From the NCBI GenBank assembly GCA_965249275.1, contig CBDFLQ010000007.1, positions 960,001 through 1,024,000 of the forward strand: a stretch of 64,000 nt of DNA. Direction: 5' to 3'. Below, piece by piece: positions 27,249 to 37,249 of this stretch (its first letter is position 1; the number at the start of each line of letters is the position of its first letter). The stretch is from Dehalococcoidia bacterium (GTDB lineage Bacteria > Chloroflexota > Dehalococcoidia > Plut-88900). The translations under genes and the position numbers were made by a program. The notes beneath the pieces are model-generated. The model had not been told where the DNA came from. It worked only from the letters and a program-made list of their open reading frames with translations, and ran no database searches.

Positions 27249-27650
27249 ATGGCAGAAAAGCTTAAATTGGAAGATGCGCAGGTGGGGGAGACGATAGGGC
27301 CGTATCGTTACAGGGTGACCCGGGAGATGGTGGCGTTCGCCGCCTCCAAGGAGATGTTGAGCAGTTCTCGGTATTCAGGGGATAGCACTATCGCACCGAG
27401 CGCCCTTACGGACAACGACTATTCCCTGGCATTCATGATCCAATACAACGTGGGGGACGCCATCCACACCAAGGCCGAAAATCATTACATCAACCCACCC
27501 ATGATCGGCAAGGATCTGATCGTAACCGGAGCGATATCCGACAGATTCAACAAGAGGGGCAAAGACTTCCGGGTATTTGAAACGACCACTTGCGACGAGG
27601 ACGGGCGGGAGATAGTCAAAAGCAAGAATACACTGCTCTTAAGCCTCTGA
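27249..27650 (+). CDS. MaoC-like hot-dog fold protein
   Basis: VGETIGPYRYRVT, AIHTKAE, KRGKDF pattern; paired with next gene. Confidence 0.65.
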   Translation: MAEKLKLEDAQVGETIGPYRYRVTREMVAFAASKEMLSSSRYSGDSTIAPSALTDNDYSLAFMIQYNVGDAIHTKAENHYINPPMIGKDLIVTGAISDRFNKRGKDFRVFETTTCDEDGREIVKSKNTLLLSL

Positions 27651-27714
27651 CGTATGCCACAAAAAGTGAGCGTTAATCTTATTGGAATGGGCGTCGAGAG
27701 GAAAGGAACATAGC

Positions 27715-28155
27715 ATGACAGTCGCAGCGGGGGAGCTGGTCCCGGGCTTTAGCCTCCCTTCATTGACCAGGAAGATTTCAGCCGAGGACATAATATCCAA
27801 CAGCAGGGGGAGGGAGTCGCTGTGGGGACAATCGTTCGCGGGAAAGAACATTCATAACGACACTGAAACCGCCCACTCGCTCGGGGCACGGGATGTCGTG
27901 GCCGGGGGCGTCGACACTATGAGGGTGGGCTGGGAAATGCTCTTTAATTCATTTGGTGAGCGTTGGCTCAAAGGCGGCAACTTATCTTGCACTTTCATCA
28001 ACTGGGTTTGCGGGGGAGATGAGCTAACGGCCAAGGGTGTCGTCAGAGAGCCGACGGAAGGGGATGCCGCCGATCACGTATATTTAGACATCTGGCTAGA
28101 AAATCAGGATGGGGACAAGGTGATAGTGGGCAAGGCCAGCGTCCCCGTTAACTGA
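27715..28155 (+). CDS. MaoC family dehydratase
   Basis: NIHND..AHSLG..VVAGG, GDELTAKGVV, ENQDGDKVIVGKAS. Confidence 0.75.
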   Translation: MTVAAGELVPGFSLPSLTRKISAEDIISNSRGRESLWGQSFAGKNIHNDTETAHSLGARDVVAGGVDTMRVGWEMLFNSFGERWLKGGNLSCTFINWVCGGDELTAKGVVREPTEGDAADHVYLDIWLENQDGDKVIVGKASVPVN

Positions 28156-28163
28156 GGTCAATT

Positions 28164-29375
28164 ATGACAAGTACCCAAGGGGCGCTGGACGGGATAAAGG
28201 TGCTGGAACTGGGTCAAGGGTTGGCCGCTCCCTATTGCACCAAGATGATGGCCTCATTCGGGGCGGAGGTGATCAAGATAGAGGACCCTTCCGGGGGCGA
28301 TAGCTTCAGAAGTACGGGCCCTTTCCTTGACCACATACCCCACCAGGAGACCAGCGCTCCCTTTTTGTACCTGAACACGGGCAAGAAAAGCATTACTCTC
28401 GACCTCAAAGCCGCCTCGGGTGTGGAGACTTTCAAGAAACTGATTGCAAAGGTAAACGTGCTAGTGGAGGACTTGGCACCTGGGTCGATGGCCGAGATGG
28501 GCCTGGGCTACGACACCCTGGAAGGCATCAACCCGGGTCTAGTGATGTCGTCTATCACGGGTTTCGGGCAGACGGGCCCTTATCGGGACTACAAAGCTAA
28601 CTCTATGATTAGCTACGCAGTCACGGGGCTGATGTACATGAACGGCGAGCCCGACAGGGAACCGTTAACGGGCAGCGGCCATATCCCGGAATACGAGACT
28701 GCGGTGCAAGCTTACAATGCAATTGCCGCGGCGCTTTACTGGCGGGAGGAGAGCGGGGAGGGGCAGTACATCGACGTTTCCGTGATGGAGGCAATGGCCT
28801 ATTTCCATGAATTCGCCATAGTGGTCTGGACTCATGTGGGTCTGCAGAACGAACGAACAGGCAACCGCCATCCGGTGGGGATACATCCCCTTGCTTTGTT
28901 TCCGTGCAAGGACGGATATGTTTCGATCAGCGTAGCCACACCCGACCAGTACGACAACCTGATGCTCTTGATAGAGAGGCCCGACCTGCTGGATGACCCC
29001 AGATATGCCGACCGTCACGATCGATGGAACATCGCGGATGAATTTGACGAGATCCTGTTGCCGTGGTTAGCGGAACACACTGCCGACGAAATAGTCCGGC
29101 GAGCCCAAGAGTTGAGGATACCGTCCGGGAGACTAAACAACTGTGAGCAATTGATGAGCGACGTCCAGCTGGCCGCAAGGGACTTCTGGGTAGACGTCGA
29201 ACATCCATACGCGGGGCGGCAGACTTATCCCGGCGCTCCGTTCAAGATGACAGATACGCCCTTTCAACTGAGTCGGGCTCCGCTTCTCGGAGAGCATAAT
29301 GAGGATATCTACGTGAACAACCTGGGCTTGAGTCCGAAGGAGATGGCTGAACTGAGGGAAGCGAAAGTAATTTAA
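28164..29375 (+). CDS. Family III CoA-transferase (CaiB/BaiF), subunit lacking the usual catalytic Asp context
   Basis: LDGIKVLEL, GAEVIKIE, NTGKKSITLDL, GFGQTGPY, APLLGEHN; PEYET at the site where D is usual. Confidence 0.9.
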   Translation: MTSTQGALDGIKVLELGQGLAAPYCTKMMASFGAEVIKIEDPSGGDSFRSTGPFLDHIPHQETSAPFLYLNTGKKSITLDLKAASGVETFKKLIAKVNVLVEDLAPGSMAEMGLGYDTLEGINPGLVMSSITGFGQTGPYRDYKANSMISYAVTGLMYMNGEPDREPLTGSGHIPEYETAVQAYNAIAAALYWREESGEGQYIDVSVMEAMAYFHEFAIVVWTHVGLQNERTGNRHPVGIHPLALFPCKDGYVSISVATPDQYDNLMLLIERPDLLDDPRYADRHDRWNIADEFDEILLPWLAEHTADEIVRRAQELRIPSGRLNNCEQLMSDVQLAARDFWVDVEHPYAGRQTYPGAPFKMTDTPFQLSRAPLLGEHNEDIYVNNLGLSPKEMAELREAKVI

Positions 29376-29406
29376 TCCGTCAGAGGCGGAAAGAGCCATA
29401 CCATAT

Positions 29407-30693
29407 ATGAAGGACGCATCAAAACAATCATCTCTAAAAGGTGTGCGGGTCCTGGACCTGACCCGGGGCTGGGCAGGCCCAATCGGGGGCCGTTTCCTGG
29501 CAGACTTCGGGGCTGAGGTAATCAAGATCGAGGCTCCGACGGGTCGGGGGCTGGCCAACGTGGACCCTCCCCAACCCTTGAAATACATGCGGGTAGTTCA
29601 TGCCCCTTATCCCAACAATGACCCCGGCGATGAACCTTACAATCGCTATGCGCCCTTCAACGAATACCACCGCAACAAACTGAGCCTGACCCTGGACCTG
29701 ACCGCGGAGGAGTGCAAGGAGATATTTCGCAACCTGGTTCTCATCTCTGACGTGGTCCTGGAGAACTACAGCGCGAGGGTAATGAGGAACTTCGGATTTG
29801 ACTATCCCTCCCTCAAGAAACTGAACCCGTCCATAATCATGGTCTCAATGCCGGGTTTCGGGACGTATGGGCCCCAGGGGCACTTCGTGAGCTACGGAAG
29901 CGATATAGAACCGAACGCAGGGATCACACACCTGATGGGGTACGCGGGCTCGGGGCCCATGCGGCATGGCGAGGCGTACGCCGATCCGAGCGCCGGCGTA
30001 CACGCGGCTTCGGCCATGGTAACCGCGCTCTTTCACCGGAGGCGCACAGGCAAAGGGCAATATGTAGACCTCTCTCAAAGCGAATCCATGATAGGGCTGA
30101 TAGGCGAGCACTTAATGGCCTACAGCATGAACCGGGAGGAGCCGGAGAGGATGGGAAACAGGCATCCCGTTTTTGCTCCAAACGGGTGCTACAGGTGCAG
30201 GGGAGACGACAAGTGGGTGGCAATCTCGGTGGCGAACGACGAGGAATGGACGTTATTTTGCGAAGTCCTAGGCAGTCCCGAGTGGATGCGAAACGAGAAG
30301 TTTGCGGACCAGGAAGGGCGTCGGGAAAACTGGGAGGAGCTGGATGCCAACATCTCCCGGTGGACAGCCGACAAGGACTATAAAGAAGTGATGCATTCCC
30401 TTCAGTCGAGGGGGATAGCTGCTGGAGCGGTGTTTACGAACCAGGACGTGGCGGAAGACCCTCATCTGAAGGAGCGGGGCTACATATGGGACGTACCCCA
30501 CGCCAAGGCAGGAACCATGCAATTCCTAGGGGCGCCAATCCTGCTATCCAGGACACCAATGGTGCTGCACAGGCCTGCACCCACGCTGGGCGAGCACAAC
30601 GAGTATGTGGTTACGGACCTGCTGGGCATGGAGGCGGCACATGCAGACCTGCTGGAGGAAGCGGGGTTGATGGTCACAAGGCCGCCGGTCTAG
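29407..30693 (+). CDS. Family III CoA-transferase (CaiB/BaiF)
   Basis: LKGVRVLDLT, GAEVIKIE, RNKLSLTLDL, AYAD (catalytic Asp), APTLGEHN. Confidence 0.92.
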   Translation: MKDASKQSSLKGVRVLDLTRGWAGPIGGRFLADFGAEVIKIEAPTGRGLANVDPPQPLKYMRVVHAPYPNNDPGDEPYNRYAPFNEYHRNKLSLTLDLTAEECKEIFRNLVLISDVVLENYSARVMRNFGFDYPSLKKLNPSIIMVSMPGFGTYGPQGHFVSYGSDIEPNAGITHLMGYAGSGPMRHGEAYADPSAGVHAASAMVTALFHRRRTGKGQYVDLSQSESMIGLIGEHLMAYSMNREEPERMGNRHPVFAPNGCYRCRGDDKWVAISVANDEEWTLFCEVLGSPEWMRNEKFADQEGRRENWEELDANISRWTADKDYKEVMHSLQSRGIAAGAVFTNQDVAEDPHLKERGYIWDVPHAKAGTMQFLGAPILLSRTPMVLHRPAPTLGEHNEYVVTDLLGMEAAHADLLEEAGLMVTRPPV

Positions 30694-30913
30694 TAACCCC
30701 GCGCCAAAAGGGTGAAGCCTCCACGGGTGTGGGAACGACAACCCGTTGCAGCGCATGAGTATCGGGGTTGGGGGAGTGAGGGTGGTCTCGGACCAGCGTG
30801 GGGTTAAGGGTCGGGGAAGGTCAGCATGAGACAGGCACGTTTGGAAGGTGGGGCATTCTCGCCAAGCACCGATTAGAAACTAATTTCGAGGCTCCCCAAA
30901 GGAGAAGGAACAG

Positions 30914-31990
30914 ATGGCTGTCGAAGTATCCATATCCCCTGACAAGTGGTCGTTAGAGCGCCAGTGTGATTTTATCTCGAGGCTGTACTGGCTTTGGGTC
31001 GGGGGGATGACGGTAGTTACGCTCTTTAAGCATGGGGAAGAGGCGGTTGTGAAGTGGCGTTTTACCATGCTAAACAGGCACTCGCAGGGCCACTTCATCG
31101 ACGGGCTGAAGAAGCTGGGAATCGACCCAGACAAGGAACCTGCAGCGGTAGTTGCAGCGAAATACCACTATTTCTCCAACGGTCTGGGAGGCATCGATCT
31201 GGAGATGGTAGTGGAGTCACCCAAGAAGGCGTGGATCCGGTATAACGGACCCTATGTGCCGGATGGGACAGGGTGGCTTGCCAATCCGCCAAGCGTGGGT
31301 CGGGCGCCCTTCGAAGGCTGGCATCCTTACAACGGAGTCCGGCTTAACAAACCCCGCCTGGGCTTCGTTCTGTGCAGGGGTTTCGCGGACGGTGAGCCCT
31401 ACGCCGAAGGCTACTTCCTGGAGTACGACCATGACCTCTCGAAGGAGGAGCGCTTCAGGTTCGACCCTTCTGAAACCATGCCGCCGTTTGACCCCGCGAC
31501 TGCACCGAAGCTCGATCCCAAGGTCTGGCCCCCTGACCGGATTGCCAAGTCCAAGCGCAATTTCGGGCGGGGATACGTGGAGGTGAGCATATTGTCCCTC
31601 GTCGAAGTTCTGGACGCCCCCACGGTTGTCGGGATTGTAGAGAAATCATATCGGGGGATTGCTATCCAGTACGGCAGACGGTTGCTAGATGAGCTGGGTG
31701 TCAAGGGCTCCGATGCCGGTGCACTGGCCACCTTCATGAAACATCTCACAGACATGGCGGGGGACGAGTCGGAGCTTACGTCTCCCTCTCCGCAGAAGCA
31801 CATCTTACGGACAACCCGCAGGCGTCTCTTCGAGGTAGACAAGGCATCCGTAGAGATACACAGGGCGATGTTCGGGTTCGTGGAGATGATGGCGAAGATC
31901 GTGGGTCGGGGGATACGAGTCTCTCTAACGGCGCTGAAGGAAGAGGGCTCACCCTATGACGAGGTGGTGTTCGAGGATGTCGGGGGCTAG
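30914..31990 (+). CDS. Hypothetical protein
   Basis: 358-aa ORF with strong SD (AGGAGAAGGA) and host-like codon usage; no motif recognised with certainty. Confidence 0.75.
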   Translation: MAVEVSISPDKWSLERQCDFISRLYWLWVGGMTVVTLFKHGEEAVVKWRFTMLNRHSQGHFIDGLKKLGIDPDKEPAAVVAAKYHYFSNGLGGIDLEMVVESPKKAWIRYNGPYVPDGTGWLANPPSVGRAPFEGWHPYNGVRLNKPRLGFVLCRGFADGEPYAEGYFLEYDHDLSKEERFRFDPSETMPPFDPATAPKLDPKVWPPDRIAKSKRNFGRGYVEVSILSLVEVLDAPTVVGIVEKSYRGIAIQYGRRLLDELGVKGSDAGALATFMKHLTDMAGDESELTSPSPQKHILRTTRRRLFEVDKASVEIHRAMFGFVEMMAKIVGRGIRVSLTALKEEGSPYDEVVFEDVGG

Positions 31991-32085
31991 GGATCAAGGG
32001 GCCATGCCTCTGCCCATGACCTAAATTGGCACCGCTCGCCGGACAGTTAAGGCTACAGCGCAGCTTGGCCTACCGAAGAGCACTA

Positions 32086-32898
32086 TTATCTGGACGCATC
32101 CCAGCTTCCCTTCCAATTGGGGCGCCAATCCGTCCACTTTGCGAACTCTTTTGGCTTGATGCCCGTGTCATAGATCTCGACGGTGATCGGGAGTTTGTGG
32201 AAAGTTTCGGGGATCAAGCTGCTATCGCCGTCGGGGCAGACTGAGACGGATATCAGCAGGTCGATTTCCGCGTAGAATTCGATGTAGTCGCCTTTCTTCG
32301 CGTCGGTCTTGCTGAAGTATCGGCGGCCCGTCAAACCATCAATGCGCATCTTCATGAAGAGGTTGATGTTGTCACCGATTACGTCTTCCTCGGTAAGGCC
32401 CATAGATTCCGCGCCCTGCAAAAGATTGAGGTGACATCCGTTTAAACCGGGCACGCCGAACGTCAGCTCCCAGACCTCTGAAGCGCAATGACTCCCCGAG
32501 AAATGCGCGTGCCATCCCTCGTCGGCCGGGCCTGTTTCAACTGTGTCCGCGATACAGGTGGCAATGGGTCGATACATGGGGAGGTCGGACCAAAGCCTGG
32601 AATTCGTCGTGATGAATAATCCATCTGCAAGAAGGGTGCGATTCAGGCTTAGCGACTCCCGCTGAGGACAATCGGCGTTCCAGAGACAAACGTCTACAAC
32701 TTGCGGGCCCTCTTCCTGGATGATTTTGAAGGTCTGACCCTTGTCCACCCTGAATCCTCGTCCATTGTTAGGTTCGATTCTTGATCTTTGCAGCAGCTTG
32801 CGCTCGGAAACCCTTGTTCGGATATCGTTGTAAAACTCGAGGTCCATTCTTAATGGCTCTGGGTTGGCGTCTATTAGACTTTTCTCGGAAGACTTCAT
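32086..32898 (-). CDS. DUF1989 / urea carboxylase-associated family protein
   Basis: GQTFKII..EGPQVVD, GCHLNL, NINLFM, KGDYIEFYAEIDLLISVSVCP. Confidence 0.8.
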   Translation of the reverse strand: MKSSEKSLIDANPEPLRMDLEFYNDIRTRVSERKLLQRSRIEPNNGRGFRVDKGQTFKIIQEEGPQVVDVCLWNADCPQRESLSLNRTLLADGLFITTNSRLWSDLPMYRPIATCIADTVETGPADEGWHAHFSGSHCASEVWELTFGVPGLNGCHLNLLQGAESMGLTEEDVIGDNINLFMKMRIDGLTGRRYFSKTDAKKGDYIEFYAEIDLLISVSVCPDGDSSLIPETFHKLPITVEIYDTGIKPKEFAKWTDWRPNWKGSWDASR

Positions 32899-32979
32899 TC
32901 GCGCTTCTCCTTCCATCTGGAGTGCAAAGGCTCGCTTGACCTAGCTTAACCGAGGGTCCCTCATACGTGGGGGGCAATA

Positions 32980-34449
32980 TCAAGGATAGAAGAGTTTTTG
33001 GGCAGCTTTACGGAGGTCGCTTCGGAAGTCGGGGTGGGCTACGGAGATGAGCTCGGCGGCCCGCTCCCTGAGAGACTTGCCCAAGAGCCGGGCGATACCG
33101 TATTCAGTGACGATTGTGTCGGCGAAGGTGCGGGGGATGGTGACGACCCCACCCTCGGGGAGTTGAGGGACGATTCGGGATACGGTGCCTCCAGCCGCCG
33201 TGGACCTTAACAGCGTGATAGCCATTCCACCCTTTGAGAGAACGGCTCCCATATGCAGCTCGGTCTGACCTCCCGTGCCGTTCCACATTCGGGTCCCGAT
33301 GGTCTCCGAGTTGATCTGACCGGTCAGGTCGATGGATATGGCGTTATTGATGGCGTAGTAGTTGTCGTGGGCGGCCACGGTGCGGATGTTCACCACGTAC
33401 TCGGCGTCGTAGAGCTCTATGAGCGGGTTGTTGTGGGCCCACTCAATCTCCTTTGGGCTGGAGCCGTCAACGCTGGTCCCGACCAGCTTGTCCCGGTGAA
33501 TGGTCTTTCGGCTGCCGTTCAGGATGCCATCCCGCACGAGATCGAGGACGCCGGGCGTGGCCATCTCCGAGTGCCAACCCAGGTCTTTCTTGGAGTCGAA
33601 GGCGCCCAGTCGGGCCAGGTACCGGCCCGGACTTCCGACCCCGATCTGGATGGTGCTTCCATCAGGGATGATTTCCGCCACATGGTCTGCAAAGGGCTTA
33701 TCCTCTTGCGGAGGGGAGCCCCAACCGAAATCGCCGGCCAGCGCTCGCACCTCAACAAGGTTTTTGTCACAAAGGCTCGGCACCCATTGTTGGCGCTCGA
33801 TTCCCGACATGTGGGGTATGAACCCGAGGAGTTCCGACTTCACCTTCTCGTCTTCCACACCATCTATGATCGCCCTCGCTTCTTCCACGGTGATCTCGGG
33901 TGGGGTGTAGTGCACCGACCTGTCGATTTCCGACAGGTGGATGTAGTTGTCCCCGTAGGTGCGTATGAAGGTCGGATCGTGCTGGGCAATGACTTTCCTT
34001 GCGCCTTTGGCCCAACTCCGGCTGTCCCACATGCCCGCCCCGAAGCTACAGTAACCCAGTTCATTCGGAGTAGACATCCGCACAATGGCGACGTCTGCTA
34101 CGAAACGGGGTTCGCGCTTCTCACGGTACGGTTTGAACTCGTGGGAGAGGACCATGGGGTAGTAATCGATCAACTTTTTGTCGTGGGCAGGACGGGAGAA
34201 GGCCCCAAGATAGAAATGTGCGACCAGATTGAAGCTGTCTCGATATCCCCCACCCAGCCAGTCCTGGTACTCGAAGGGGCCCTGGAACATTATCCTCACG
34301 TCCGAAAGCTCGGCGCTCCTTGCGGCCAGAGCGTTAGGGATAAAGTTGTTCACCGACGGGTCAAGGTAGACGCGGCCTCCGGAGTCGACGATGCTAACTG
34401 CCTCTTCAGGCGATACGACACTTTTGTTGTAGTGGGCTATCCAGTCCAT
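32980..34449 (-). CDS. Acetyl-CoA hydrolase / 4-hydroxybutyrate CoA-transferase family
   Basis: DGSTIQIGVG, DLGWHSEM, INNAISIDLTGQ, GTGGQ, VTEYGIA, ISVAHPDFR. Confidence 0.9.
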   Translation of the reverse strand: MDWIAHYNKSVVSPEEAVSIVDSGGRVYLDPSVNNFIPNALAARSAELSDVRIMFQGPFEYQDWLGGGYRDSFNLVAHFYLGAFSRPAHDKKLIDYYPMVLSHEFKPYREKREPRFVADVAIVRMSTPNELGYCSFGAGMWDSRSWAKGARKVIAQHDPTFIRTYGDNYIHLSEIDRSVHYTPPEITVEEARAIIDGVEDEKVKSELLGFIPHMSGIERQQWVPSLCDKNLVEVRALAGDFGWGSPPQEDKPFADHVAEIIPDGSTIQIGVGSPGRYLARLGAFDSKKDLGWHSEMATPGVLDLVRDGILNGSRKTIHRDKLVGTSVDGSSPKEIEWAHNNPLIELYDAEYVVNIRTVAAHDNYYAINNAISIDLTGQINSETIGTRMWNGTGGQTELHMGAVLSKGGMAITLLRSTAAGGTVSRIVPQLPEGGVVTIPRTFADTIVTEYGIARLLGKSLRERAAELISVAHPDFRSDLRKAAQKLFYP

Positions 34450-34578
34450 GCGGTTTCTTGAGGTGAAATCTTCCCGGAACTTCCCGACAAAAATCACCCT
34501 CCTCAGCGAGCCTACGGCCCTAGCCCTCTCCTCATCAAGAGACCTTTGCGTAACTCCGGGCAGGGGGTCGGGACCCCC

Positions 34579-34647
34579 CATTCCGCTCTTGAGACCCTTC
34601 GACTAAGCTCCCTCCAAAGGCGGATCTTCGACAGGGCGAGCGGAATG
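34579..34647. repeat. REP-like element (CCCTTCGAC family)
   Basis: CATTCCGCTC...GAGCGGAATG inverted ends enclosing CCCTTCGACTAAGCTC; related to units at 21.4 and 21.6 kb. Confidence 0.55.
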
Positions 34648-34743
34648 CCCCGCCCTTGGGGATGGATGTGCCATATTTCGTTAGTTTGCTTACACAGGAA
34701 TGGCGGTGATATAAAGATTTCATCTAGGGAGAGGGAATAGAAG

Positions 34744-35880
34744 TCAGGGAATAGCGGCGATGGCGTCTATTTCGCAGAGGGCTTCGGGGAAGCCTCCCAT
34801 GCTGTCGACGGCAACGCTTGTGATAGCCGGGGGTCGACCCTTAAAGACCTCGCGCCTTATGTTCAGCGACTGTTGGAAATAACCGGCGTGACTGATGAAG
34901 CAGAAGACTTTCACTGCATTATCGAAGCTACATCCTACGGAGTTGAGGGCTATTTCAACGTTCTTGAGGGCCTGTCGAAACTGGGCGTCGAAGTCTCCCG
35001 GAAGTACCAGGTTTTTGTCCTTGTCCCGGGCCACCTGGCCGGATACATAAGCCAGTCCGTCGGCGACGACCACGTTGCTGAAGTTGAAGGGGGGAGGCAG
35101 TTCAGGAGAGTTGACGAACTCGGCCTTGGACGGAGGAGCGAGGGCAACAGCATCGGTTTCGACGAGGGCATGAGGGTCATCAAGGGCACGGATGGAGACC
35201 ACGGAGTCGCCGGGCCAGTCCACTTCGAAGACCTCCTCTCGAATGCGGTATAGCTCTCGGTAGTAGAGGGGGTTGGAAATGAAATAGTTGATCTTCACGA
35301 GGTCACCAAAACCTGCTCCGAACTCGGTGAGAGAGGCATCAAGGTTTTGGTAGACGGCGTGGAGCTGGGATGGGAAGTCGGTTGGAGGTTCCTGGTCTTG
35401 CCGACTTGCCGCGGTTTGCCCCGAAATAAAGATTGTGTCGCCGGTTCTCACACCCGTAGAAAATGGGCCTGTTCGCTGCATCGGCCATTTGGTGTTCTGC
35501 CCGAGTCGGGCACAGGCTTCGATTTCGATCAGAGCGTCGGGGGAGGTTAGGGATGCGACAACGGCGGTAGTGCCGGCGGGGGGATGGGTGGGGAACATGC
35601 GGGCACACATATTGTGGAAGGTCTGGACATGGAGGGGATTGACCAGGTAAGCCGTGAGTTTGACAACATCGGAAAGGTCGGCGCTGGCTTCTGCCAGGAC
35701 TTGAGCCATACATTCAAATGCACGGTCGGCCTGGGCCTCGAAGTCTCCCGCACCTATGATGAGTCCAACGCTGTCCCGGGCCCTTTGCCCCGAGACGAAA
35801 ATCCAGTCTCCGGCTCTCGTGCCTTGGGAGAGGGCGCCCGACGTGTCGAGTCCGGGGGGATTGATCAGTTCCACCTTCAT
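34744..35880 (-). CDS. Triple-domain RidA/YjgF family protein
   Basis: Three repeats of FVSGQ/FISGQ/YVSGQ...VK...IEIEA/VETDA/CEIDA. Confidence 0.85.
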   Translation of the reverse strand: MKVELINPPGLDTSGALSQGTRAGDWIFVSGQRARDSVGLIIGAGDFEAQADRAFECMAQVLAEASADLSDVVKLTAYLVNPLHVQTFHNMCARMFPTHPPAGTTAVVASLTSPDALIEIEACARLGQNTKWPMQRTGPFSTGVRTGDTIFISGQTAASRQDQEPPTDFPSQLHAVYQNLDASLTEFGAGFGDLVKINYFISNPLYYRELYRIREEVFEVDWPGDSVVSIRALDDPHALVETDAVALAPPSKAEFVNSPELPPPFNFSNVVVADGLAYVSGQVARDKDKNLVLPGDFDAQFRQALKNVEIALNSVGCSFDNAVKVFCFISHAGYFQQSLNIRREVFKGRPPAITSVAVDSMGGFPEALCEIDAIAAIP

Positions 35881-36103
35881 GTATCAGGCCCTCTTTATTA
35901 GTGCTTACTGAGCGGAGTAGGGATGCGCTGAAGCTTGAACGCCGTCGTCTCCGGCATTGTACAAGAATCGGGAGGCAGGTACGGAAAGGCTGCGTGCGCT
36001 GCTGCCAGCCATGTCTCGGCGTTTACAATTAACCTGCAATGCGCACCTGTATTCGGTAATATGAGATACTCACGGGACCAGGTAATTCAAGAGGGAGAGC
36101 CAT

Positions 36104-37219
36104 ATGTCGGACCTGATGATAATTTCAGCGGACTCACATGCATCGGAGCCGTCCAGCCTGTTCGAGCAGCTGCCGGAGGAGTACCGAAGGCGCGCGCCCC
36201 GGACGGAGGAGAGGAACGGAGGCATCTACTACATCCAGGACGGGCAAAGGCCGCTAAGGCAGGACATCGCAATAACACAGCTCACCGAGGAAGACAAGCG
36301 GCGGGAGTTCAGGAGCGATGAAGGGGCGGGGCAGGGGAGGGAGGCGGGCACCGATCTGCCGCTGAGGATAGCCGACCTGGAAGAGGACGGGGTGAGTGCG
36401 GAGGTCATATATCCCAATGGCATATTCAATGCCCTGGCCTCTCCGGACCCCGGGTACCAGGTGGCATTCAGCCGCCTCTACAACGATTGGTACCACGAGG
36501 TCTTCATCGACAACATGGAAAGGTTCGTACCCTCCGCGATGATTCCCATGGGAGACATTGAAGGATCCGTGAAGGAAGCAAGGCGCACGGCCAAGCTCGG
36601 ATACAGGTCGTTCTCCCTGCCGGTGCTTCTGTCCAACCTGCCATACAACAGGCCCGACTACGAAAAGTTCTGGGATGCGATGGACGACTTGAAGGTCCCC
36701 CTGAGCTTTCACGTATTTACCGGGACTGACCCGATACCGGAGGACATGGGGGAGGAGAACTCCCACGGAGCAGGCCTGATCTACATAGGACTGGGGATGA
36801 CGGTAGCGATGGCCCCGTTGACAATGCTAACGGCATCGGGGGTGCTGGAGAGGCATCCAGAATTGAATTTCGTGCTGGTTGAGTGTGGGATAGGCTGGCT
36901 GGCGTGGTACCTAAACGTGCTGGATGAACTCTACGACAAGAGGCACATGTGGCAGCAGCCCAAACTGTCTCTGAAGCCGAGCGAGTACTGGAAGAGGCAG
37001 GGCTACGTAACGTTCGGGGATGATGAGGTTGGTTTGAGGAACCGGGACATTACCGGGGTGGACTGCCTGATGTGGGGCAGCGACTATCCCCACGACGAAG
37101 GAACCTTCCCGCATTCCAGGGAAGTGATAGATCGGACATTCAGTGAATTGCCGGAGGAAGAGACGCGGAAGATAGTCGGGGAGAACGCGGCGAAGCTGTA
37201 CGGGTTTCCGATGAGTTAG
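36104..37219 (+). CDS. Amidohydrolase family protein (Amidohydro_2 type), paralogue 3
   Basis: ISADSH, FHVF, WGSDYPHDEGTFPHS. Confidence 0.9.
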   Translation: MSDLMIISADSHASEPSSLFEQLPEEYRRRAPRTEERNGGIYYIQDGQRPLRQDIAITQLTEEDKRREFRSDEGAGQGREAGTDLPLRIADLEEDGVSAEVIYPNGIFNALASPDPGYQVAFSRLYNDWYHEVFIDNMERFVPSAMIPMGDIEGSVKEARRTAKLGYRSFSLPVLLSNLPYNRPDYEKFWDAMDDLKVPLSFHVFTGTDPIPEDMGEENSHGAGLIYIGLGMTVAMAPLTMLTASGVLERHPELNFVLVECGIGWLAWYLNVLDELYDKRHMWQQPKLSLKPSEYWKRQGYVTFGDDEVGLRNRDITGVDCLMWGSDYPHDEGTFPHSREVIDRTFSELPEEETRKIVGENAAKLYGFPMS

Positions 37220-37249
37220 GGGGAGGCTCACACGGCAGCCTAGAGTTCA

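Noticed and set aside
33253-34461. 402-aa plus-strand ORF and many similar long overlapping ORFs (e.g. 3055-3858, 25406-26431, 44963-45916, 51812-52696)
   Set aside because: Antisense or alternate-frame shadows of well-supported genes in GC-rich DNA
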